64,000 bases of DNA, taken from the IMG/VR virus record IMGVR_UViG_3300037054_000044, positions 1 through 64,000 of that record. One strand, 5' to 3'. The notes beneath the pieces are model-generated. The model had not been told where the DNA came from and made no database searches. It saw only the letters and a list, made by a program, of their open reading frames with translations. The translations under genes and the position numbers were made by a program. Shown here piece by piece: positions 57,269-64,000 of the stretch; within the stretch, counting starts at the first letter, position 1; every line of letters begins with the position of its first letter. The stretch comes from a virus.

Positions 57269-59242
57269 TTAGATTGGAATGTTGGCCGTAGCCACGGGAA
57301 CTGCATTGCCGTTCTCCATGGGAATCACATTGTTGAACGTCTGGAGGTTGGCGTTGAGTTTGCCCTTCTCTTCTGCTGAGTAAGAACGGAACTGGCTACG
57401 CGCACCATCGCAGAATACATAGCAACTACCCCCAGCAGAATACCGGGACAGGCCGACTGTGAGTTTCGTTTTGGGATCAAAGGACTGAGAAGTCTCAGCG
57501 AAGCCAACGGACTGCTCGTCGTATTCTGACTTTTTCATCTCTCCGAGTACGCTACGCCACATTAAAATCATCGAGTCGCAATCCTTGGCGACCTGACTGC
57601 TACCGTCAATATCATTGCTAGATATAATCAGTCCTTTCTCGATGCGTTTTGGCTGCAGGATACGAATCAACTTGATGCGATAATCTTTGGCGATTTTCGC
57701 AAACTGTTTACTGATTTGAGACAGGTGAACTGTGCGGTGCCCTTGGTTGCGCAGAGTATCATCCGCCAACCTCTGCACATTGTCAAACACAACCCATTGA
57801 ACGCCGTATCTCCTGATGCAGTCCCTAATCAACTTGAATACATCCTCAGGCTCCTTGACTAATGCCGGATAGGCGAAGTACAAGTCAGCACTACGGGATT
57901 GCTGTATCTCCCTAGCTTTTACCACAGCAGTCTTCAGTTCTGCCAGTTTAGTTTTAGACTCCTCTGTTCCCGGTGCAGTGATTGTGTCTTCAAAGCCTGT
58001 AACAAGGGAAACCCATTTTCGTGCGAGTCGAGCCGAAGTCATCTCCAGACAAACGAACAATCCGTCTTCTCCATAGGTTTTCACCATATGATCTAGGATG
58101 TTGAGTCCTAAAGTTGTCTTACCTACCTTCTCCGGGGCCACTATGTCTATGACATCCCCCGCTTCGAACCCCACTAGCTTATTCAGTTCAGGCCACGGGG
58201 AAATATAGGTTGGAGCCAAATCGGCTTTGCCATTCAATTCGTCCTCAAGTTGTTGTAAGGCATCTTTGGAGGAAGTGACCCCTGTTACATCAAAGAATAC
58301 CGCACGTCTCTTCAACTCTTCGAACCCTTCTACTGTGCCTCCACTTTGAAAATAAGCGTTGATGTCTTTGGTTCCCTTCGGCAATACAATTTTCAAGCAC
58401 TTCTCAATGCCAATACGGCTGGCGAGTTCCTGCGCTCCTTTGGTACCTGCTTGGTCGCTGTCATAGAGTATGTACACTTTAGGAGCCACACGATCAAGTA
58501 TTTCGATCCATGCTGCCTTGCGTACATTGGCTCCCGGCACTCCCACTACGTTATCCACACCATGGGACATTAAAGCCAGAGCATCTGCTTCTCCTTCTAC
58601 CATGATGATTTCTTTGCACTCTTCATCTAAGGCAGGGGCATTGTACAAACCTGCTTCATGACCGCTGGGGCAAGTGAAATCTTTTTCTGCAGGGGGAAGG
58701 GTTCGCATCTTAGCGAAAGTTACGTTGCCTTCGACTGACAAGTAGGGAATAACCAGTGCGCGTGTCTCCCCCGCTTTGTGGAAGTATACTTTCTCTTTTA
58801 AGCCCAACTTCTGCCGTTCGATAATCTCCTTGGTGAAACCGCGCACGTTAAGTAGATAGTCCATAGCCGAGGCATCCCCTAGAAGGGTAGCGTGGCAAAT
58901 GTCGGCATCTGGCAAAGCATCCTGCTTCTCTTTTTTCCCAGACCATTCGGCGCGGGAGTCCACATTTGCTATGCGATCTCCACAGTGTTCTTGCAGAGTC
59001 CTCAGGTTTCCTGTTTTTCCGCAACTGCCGTGATAGCAGAAAAATAACCCATCACGTGTGCTTTCCTCGGGATCATTGCAAGCCACGTAGAACTTGAACC
59101 CGCCTTTTTTGCAGAACGGGCAAGTCTCCACCTGCACCTGTCCACCTGCAGGTCCTTGCCAGTTCCACCCTTTTTTGGTTATATACTGGATTGTGGGGCT
59201 GTTCCTTAATTCTGCTGGGATTGCTTGACTTGGCATTTCCAC
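57269..59242 (-). CDS. Primase-helicase (T7 gp4/Twinkle-like)
   Basis: Zn finger CPFC..C.H.SCG; TOPRIM VEGEADAL, YDSDQAG; APEKVGKT; DGSSQVAKDCD. Confidence 0.92.
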   Translation of the reverse strand: MEMPSQAIPAELRNSPTIQYITKKGWNWQGPAGGQVQVETCPFCKKGGFKFYVACNDPEESTRDGLFFCYHGSCGKTGNLRTLQEHCGDRIANVDSRAEWSGKKEKQDALPDADICHATLLGDASAMDYLLNVRGFTKEIIERQKLGLKEKVYFHKAGETRALVIPYLSVEGNVTFAKMRTLPPAEKDFTCPSGHEAGLYNAPALDEECKEIIMVEGEADALALMSHGVDNVVGVPGANVRKAAWIEILDRVAPKVYILYDSDQAGTKGAQELASRIGIEKCLKIVLPKGTKDINAYFQSGGTVEGFEELKRRAVFFDVTGVTSSKDALQQLEDELNGKADLAPTYISPWPELNKLVGFEAGDVIDIVAPEKVGKTTLGLNILDHMVKTYGEDGLFVCLEMTSARLARKWVSLVTGFEDTITAPGTEESKTKLAELKTAVVKAREIQQSRSADLYFAYPALVKEPEDVFKLIRDCIRRYGVQWVVFDNVQRLADDTLRNQGHRTVHLSQISKQFAKIAKDYRIKLIRILQPKRIEKGLIISSNDIDGSSQVAKDCDSMILMWRSVLGEMKKSEYDEQSVGFAETSQSFDPKTKLTVGLSRYSAGGSCYVFCDGARSQFRSYSAEEKGKLNANLQTFNNVIPMENGNAVPVATANIPI

Positions 59243-59796
59243 CTTCTCCTATTACGGTTGCTTTCTTTTCTGGTTACCCAGCGTACATTACCCGGTTCAT
59301 AGTGTCCGTCATTGTTCCTTCTGTCGAGTATGTAACCCTGAGGTTTGACACCAATTTCTTCAAAGAATTGCTCGAAACTGGTGAATAGAAACCTTATTCC
59401 GCGACCTCCATAGTTCTTCCAATCCTTACGCCTTGGATTAGTGCAGCGAGTTTGCGCATTCGTGTACGCTCTGTATTCTGGTGTGATTTTACCTCTACGA
59501 GTCTGTCCGTGTTTAAGCGGAGAGTGTCCTAAGATGAAAAACTTAGGCTGTCCCTTAGTGTAGCCGTTTGCGGTTTTTAATCCTGTAGCAATCTCTGTTT
59601 TACCACCGCATCCACACTGGCATAGACCTATGGGGATGTCAGGATTCAGGTTTTGTTTTGGAGGAGCAGCTTCCCAGCGGTAGGGTTTATGTCCAGACAG
59701 GAATACCTTAGGCGCTCCCTCTACTTGTCCCCGTTCCTTCCTTGTTTTTGCATAAACTCCCGTTTCTTTGCCGCATCCGCACTGGCATTGTGTCAT
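59206..59796 (-). CDS. HNH-like putative endonuclease with two CQCGCG modules
   Basis: YGGRGIRF...LDRRNNDGHYEPGNVRW. Confidence 0.8.
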   Translation of the reverse strand: MTQCQCGCGKETGVYAKTRKERGQVEGAPKVFLSGHKPYRWEAAPPKQNLNPDIPIGLCQCGCGGKTEIATGLKTANGYTKGQPKFFILGHSPLKHGQTRRGKITPEYRAYTNAQTRCTNPRRKDWKNYGGRGIRFLFTSFEQFFEEIGVKPQGYILDRRNNDGHYEPGNVRWVTRKESNRNRRRWKCQVKQSQQN

Positions 59797-59805
59797 GGGT
59801 TCCTC

Positions 59806-60204
59806 CTATTGAACCTTGCGTTCATTTGCTTGGCTGAACATCTTGCGCCCGATCTCGGTTAACTCGTAGACTCGGAACAGGCGGTTAGTCATAGCAAATA
59901 TGGTTGCTAGTTTGTCCTTGGTTGCTGGCTCCTCTGTGATCTCTTTGATGAGACCAAGTATCACCAGCTGCTCATTGTCCATCATAGTTCGCATGGCCTC
60001 GTGGTAATCGTTCACCGTGTCCAGTTTAGGGTCAGGCACGGCCTGAGAGAATGCTCCCAAGCCGTTTACCATGCTTTCCAGCAATGCCACTTGCTCTGCG
60101 TTTAGTTGCGGAATACTCACTTCTTTCGCCTCGCTTTCATCGTGTTGATGGCTACGCTTGCTTGTCCTGCAGTAATGCCCGTTTCCAAGTGGCACGTTGG
60201 ACAC
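59806..60204 (-). CDS. Hypothetical protein (start uncertain)
   Basis: ORF overlapping the helicase end. Confidence 0.45.
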   Translation of the reverse strand: MSNVPLGNGHYCRTSKRSHQHDESEAKEVSIPQLNAEQVALLESMVNGLGAFSQAVPDPKLDTVNDYHEAMRTMMDNEQLVILGLIKEITEEPATKDKLATIFAMTNRLFRVYELTEIGRKMFSQANERKVQ

Positions 60205-61886
60205 ATCTTAGCAGACTGCTGACCGGGACACAAGCACTTTAGCAATGGACGGTTCCTGCTCAGTGACCTTAGTAGTTTCTTAGCAGGCTCACTGGCAGGG
60301 TACGTATGCCACTCTGCTTCGCGTGTAACCAGCTTCATTCGGTCGGGACGGCACCGCTGCATCACTTCATCTGCCGAGGCAAACGCCTCTTGAAGTGAGT
60401 TGTAGATGCCTAGTTGCTTGTCCACGTTCACTGCTGAGATTGATAGAACGTATTCGCCTAGCTCATTCTCAGCAATTGCCAAGCGTTCGTGCTTATGAGC
60501 GTAGAACATACCTTTGAGTTCCTGCTTCTCGGGGATTTGCAGAGTATAGCCCCCTGCGCTATCTGCCATCCATGCTAACTTGGAGAATTCTAAGACTTCT
60601 TCTCCGTAGGGCTTGGCAAACAAATCTACACTCTCTACGTATGCGTTTATTTTGGAGATATCAGTGAGTTGTGTGAAATCTATGCCGGGGAACTTTTCCT
60701 GCATAGCTTCCAACTTCTCTGCTGCATCAGTGAGTGATCCTCCTTGTAGATTTAACTCAGGACTCATCCCTAACAGCGATGGCAAAGTTACTAAACTGCA
60801 GCGTTTGTAGTTGTCCACCACGTCAATCACGGAGCAGTCCGTTTTGCCGTCCATAATACGTGTTCCACGTCCAACCATCTGCGTGTACAAAGAACCACTT
60901 TTAGTAGGCCGCGCAAGTACGATGCAAGCCACAGAAGGACTATCGAACCCTTCAGTGAGCAGCGCACAGTTGCACAGCACCTGTACCTTTCCAGATTCAA
61001 ACCAGTTCAACTTATCAGCGCGTTGGGGATCGTCCCCGTAGATGGGCTGCGCCATCACTCCGTTGCGTAGAAACATCTCCGCAAGGTCTTTGCCGTGCTG
61101 CACGTCCACAGTAAAGCACAGAGTCGGTCTGTTATTGGTATTCTCCTTCCATGCCTTGACTACCTGTAGATTACGTTCCGGTGTATTAACAGCCTCTGAA
61201 AGCTGCTCCGTGGCAAAGTCACCGGCAACAGTCTTTACTGCATCGAGGTTAGTCTGCGTGCCTACCCTAAAGCCTTTCAGTGGGCACAGGAAGCCTTCTT
61301 TTATGCCGCGCCGGATTGGGAAGCTGTAGACGATTTTGCTGAACACACTTTTCAGCGTCAGCAGATCGTCGTCGTCTAGTGTGTTGATTTGCTTTCCGCG
61401 TGCTTTGTTGCGCCTGCGCGGTGTGGCGGTGAACCCAACCAGCAATTTATCGCTAGCTGGCAGGAGAACACCTGAGTCCTCAAGAATGTTGAGGTAGCTC
61501 CCGCCTAAAACGTGGTGGCACTCATCTATTACGATTGTGCCGATGTCGTCCCAGAAGTGCTCTAAACGCTTGGAACCTGCGCGACCTACCGAGGCGTTGC
61601 ACGCGACTATTACGTCGCAGTCGGCCTCGGCATGGTGCCCTGCTTTCTCAAGTCCTACTTTGAGCGTGGGGTTCCAGTGTTGAATCTTGTCTACCGCTTG
61701 ATCCAGCAACTCACTGCGATGAGCAATGACCAGCATCTTCCCCTTGTTCAATCGCGCAGGAAGGTTGCTGAATACCACGGTCTTGCCCAGCCCTGTTGCC
61801 ATAACCACTAATTGATGGCGTACGCCTGCTTGCATGTTCTCTACGATAGCATCCAAACAGTCTTCTTGATATTTTCGTAGCTGCAC
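60117..61886 (-). CDS. Superfamily II DNA helicase
   Basis: ATGLGKT, IDECHH, GFTATP, LTEGFD, QMVGRGTR. Confidence 0.95.
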   Translation of the reverse strand: MQLRKYQEDCLDAIVENMQAGVRHQLVVMATGLGKTVVFSNLPARLNKGKMLVIAHRSELLDQAVDKIQHWNPTLKVGLEKAGHHAEADCDVIVACNASVGRAGSKRLEHFWDDIGTIVIDECHHVLGGSYLNILEDSGVLLPASDKLLVGFTATPRRRNKARGKQINTLDDDDLLTLKSVFSKIVYSFPIRRGIKEGFLCPLKGFRVGTQTNLDAVKTVAGDFATEQLSEAVNTPERNLQVVKAWKENTNNRPTLCFTVDVQHGKDLAEMFLRNGVMAQPIYGDDPQRADKLNWFESGKVQVLCNCALLTEGFDSPSVACIVLARPTKSGSLYTQMVGRGTRIMDGKTDCSVIDVVDNYKRCSLVTLPSLLGMSPELNLQGGSLTDAAEKLEAMQEKFPGIDFTQLTDISKINAYVESVDLFAKPYGEEVLEFSKLAWMADSAGGYTLQIPEKQELKGMFYAHKHERLAIAENELGEYVLSISAVNVDKQLGIYNSLQEAFASADEVMQRCRPDRMKLVTREAEWHTYPASEPAKKLLRSLSRNRPLLKCLCPGQQSAKMCPTCHLETGITAGQASVAINTMKARRKK

Positions 61887-61899
61887 AGGCGTCCTCCTT

Positions 61900-62436
61900 T
61901 CAGTTTGTTCTCATTTTGTTTAGCAGTTTTCCTATTTCCACAAACTGCTCGTATGTAAAGCGGTTTCCTCGGGTAAGGTTGCACACCGTGCAGCACACTA
62001 CACAATTCTCCGTGGAGTATCCCTTGGAATTGTCTTTGCGGTCTAGGTTGTAGTTGCCGCGTTTTCTTGTCCCTATGTTATGCTGCGCCCATGTTACAGT
62101 GGCGTTGCAGTAGTGACATGTTGATACCTTGGTGTATTCCAAGAACTGCTTGAAAGTTAGGGCACATGCATGTCCTTGTGTCGCGGACGACTTCCTCAGT
62201 TTGTGGTACAAGGATGCGTACGGCACTCCGCGTACTGCCTCCAAATTTAAACACTTGCAACTTCTTACAGGTTTGGTTTTGTTCCGCAGGCTATTTGCTC
62301 TTACTCCCTTATAATTACCGCAGTCACATAAGCATAACCACCATCTCCCTGCCCCTAAAGACTGTAACTCTGCGGTTACTAGTAGCCTGCCGAAACGTTC
62401 GCCCAGCAAGTCATTTCCTTTACGGCCAACTTTCAT
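61900..62436 (-). CDS. HNH-like putative homing endonuclease
   Basis: GERFGRL..WLCLCDCG; CHYC...LDRKDNSKGYS.ENCVVCC..CN; paralog of 4142. Confidence 0.85.
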   Translation of the reverse strand: MKVGRKGNDLLGERFGRLLVTAELQSLGAGRWWLCLCDCGNYKGVRANSLRNKTKPVRSCKCLNLEAVRGVPYASLYHKLRKSSATQGHACALTFKQFLEYTKVSTCHYCNATVTWAQHNIGTRKRGNYNLDRKDNSKGYSTENCVVCCTVCNLTRGNRFTYEQFVEIGKLLNKMRTN

Positions 62437-62555
62437 AGTTTCGCCTTGCCAATTCCCGTGGCGGCTACGACGAGTTGCTGGTAGCAACCTGCCAAGTATT
62501 CGTTGCGGATTGATTCCAAGCATTCTACTTGGCGTGGGCGTAGCGATAGAGCCAT
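62433..62555 (-). pseudogene. Second, truncated helicase N-terminus (40 aa) ending at Walker A
   Basis: AGGAGG + MALSLRPRQVECLESIRNEYLAGCYQQLVVAATGIGKAKL*. Confidence 0.85.
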
Positions 62556-62567
62556 GGTAACCTCCTT

Positions 62568-63140
62568 TCAGTTTTTAATCCACCCAACACCTTTGCATTG
62601 TGGGCATTGCTTTCCTGTTACTTTTTCTGGGCGCTCCCAGACTCCTTCAGTCTCATCACTTTCCCACTCTTGATAATCGGAAAACTCTAAAGGTGTCCTT
62701 GGAGGGAACCCTTTAACCCAGCCCTTTACTGGTTTGAAGTTTGGGTCTGTGTTGTCGTACTCTTTTGGGTATGCAGGGGTGTACTCTTTGGTTATAGGCG
62801 AAACTGTTTCGCCTCTGCTGTGATTACCTCCATCGAGCATATACTGCACTGCACGTATAGAGCGTCCTAAATGTTTTTCACAAAACTCAGTTTTGGTTTT
62901 GCATCCTCGTATTGTTTCTTGTGGTTGAAGTTTTTCAAACTCTTTCCACAGGTTTTTGATGTCTGTTTTGTGTGCTGCAAGTTTAGCGAACGCTGCTACC
63001 ACTTTCTCTGCTAAGGCTTCTCTTTTTTTCTGGTCCACCTTCACCTCGTGGTATCTCGTAGTACTCCATACCCTCGAACAAATCTTTAATATGGAGAATT
63101 TTTCCTTCTTCCTTTTCAAGTGTAGCTGCTCCGCTGGCAA
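62568..63140 (-). CDS. Hypothetical protein (start uncertain)
   Basis: ORF with C-terminal CPQCKGVG. Confidence 0.5.
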   Translation of the reverse strand: MPAEQLHLKRKKEKFSILKICSRVWSTTRYHEVKVDQKKREALAEKVVAAFAKLAAHKTDIKNLWKEFEKLQPQETIRGCKTKTEFCEKHLGRSIRAVQYMLDGGNHSRGETVSPITKEYTPAYPKEYDNTDPNFKPVKGWVKGFPPRTPLEFSDYQEWESDETEGVWERPEKVTGKQCPQCKGVGWIKN

Positions 63141-63891
63141 TAGCCGCTCGCAATCTAACTGACAAAGAAGTTAAATACTCAGGAGTTTTAATAACGTACA
63201 CCAATCGCCCCGTTGCTCGTTCTGTCCAGCATATAGCCCTAGGTTTTTCAAGGGAGACTGCTGTTTTCCAATCATGCAGTACTTTAGGGTCTAATTCACT
63301 TTCAGAGCGTACTCGGAAGTTTTGGTACTGATCCAAGTTGCGTATAGGAAGACGCCTGCCCTTCTTAAAAGTTTTACCATCTACGGTGAAGTCTTTTTGC
63401 ATGATAGCGGCTCTAGTGCTTCCAGCCTCTTTGACCAGATGAAAACCGCTAGCACAGTAGATTAGCCCTGTATGTTTACCGTCTGGGTGCTCAGGTCGTT
63501 TTTGATTGGGGTCAGCATAGGATATTACTCTTTCTACTCCCAAAGTAGCTAGTTTTTGAAGCATTCTCCCTAAGAGGAAACTTTCGCTGTTCTTTGGTAA
63601 CTCATCCAGTAGCACTAGCCGTCGCAACTCAACTGCAATAACACCCGGACGAGTCTCTTGTTTGGAAGCAGAGTATTCTCCGTATTTTCTTTCTGTTTGA
63701 GTCTGTCCGGGCATTCCAAAAATGGCTGCTCCCACTTGTTTTTGAAAGTCATCTTTTAGAACCACCTCAAAAGACATGAAAGGCGTTATGCCTTTTACAG
63801 AGTGGGAGTAATGGTGCTCCTCTACAAACTTCCTGATGTCTCCCATGGAAGTGCAAGGGCGTATCCATAGGTTTTCTAGTTCAACAGTCAC
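62983..63891 (-). CDS. Mom-like DNA modification enzyme (GNAT fold)
   Basis: EHHYSH, GAAIFG, VELRRL, NSESF, ISYADP, HTGLIYCASGF. Confidence 0.8.
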   Translation of the reverse strand: MTVELENLWIRPCTSMGDIRKFVEEHHYSHSVKGITPFMSFEVVLKDDFQKQVGAAIFGMPGQTQTERKYGEYSASKQETRPGVIAVELRRLVLLDELPKNSESFLLGRMLQKLATLGVERVISYADPNQKRPEHPDGKHTGLIYCASGFHLVKEAGSTRAAIMQKDFTVDGKTFKKGRRLPIRNLDQYQNFRVRSESELDPKVLHDWKTAVSLEKPRAICWTERATGRLVYVIKTPEYLTSLSVRLRAAIASGAATLEKEEGKILHIKDLFEGMEYYEIPRGEGGPEKKRSLSRESGSSVR

Positions 63892-63911
63892 GTTTTTCCT
63901 TTCTTTGAAAA

Positions 63912-63983
63912 TGGAGCGGGGTGGTCGGTTCGATACGCCATCTCCTGACGGGTAGTCAGGTGTCCTGCTTAGACGAACCCCGC
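63912..63983 (-). tRNA. Atypical tRNA-Gly-like gene (anticodon loop CTACCCG, degenerate T arm)
   Basis: Perfect GCGGGGT/ACCCCGC-T-CCA acceptor; GTC/GAC D stem; CCTGA/TCAGG anticodon stem. Confidence 0.7.
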
Positions 63984-64000
63984 ATATTGATTATACAGCC

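Noticed and set aside
53349-61886. Inteins or introns in recA, primase-helicase or helicase
   Set aside because: Lengths are normal and motifs are contiguous; no intein C-terminal HN-C/S/T junction or P7 elements were noticed.
1-64000. CRISPR array, integrase or transposase
   Set aside because: No regularly spaced repeat-spacer series or recombinase/transposase motifs were seen by eye.
1-64000. Alternative genetic code
   Set aside because: Known genes (gmd, recA, helicase, primase) are full length in the standard code and all three stop codons are used.

Overview
A 64-kb segment of a large dsDNA bacteriophage with podovirus-like gene content; the host cannot be determined from this window. 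Positions 1-46.7 kb are a plus-strand late/structural arm: the C-terminus of a probable major capsid protein, a GroES-like chaperonin, tail and ejection proteins, a 9-kb sugar-nucleotide/glycosyltransferase cluster, a DUF3494 ice-binding-like protein, an A1-like protein, dNMP kinase and a protease. Positions 46.8-64 kb are a minus-strand arm: Acb2-like protein, a lone Clp AAA+ domain, RlpA, endolysin, HD hydrolase, RecA, primase-helicase, SF2 helicase and a Mom-like enzyme. About 16 free-standing homing-endonuclease-like genes and two ORF-less group I introns (in structural genes) are present. Two non-coding systems stand out. (1) Two hairpins at 3.9-4.05 kb display the loop WUCUGAGUC, antisense to a (GG)ACUCAG motif found at about 14 late translation-initiation regions. 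(2) Seven covarying hairpin-loop/Shine-Dalgarno pseudoknot leaders precede endonuclease genes of unrelated families. All protein assignments are by motif recognition and all RNA structures were paired by hand; no database search or folding program was run.
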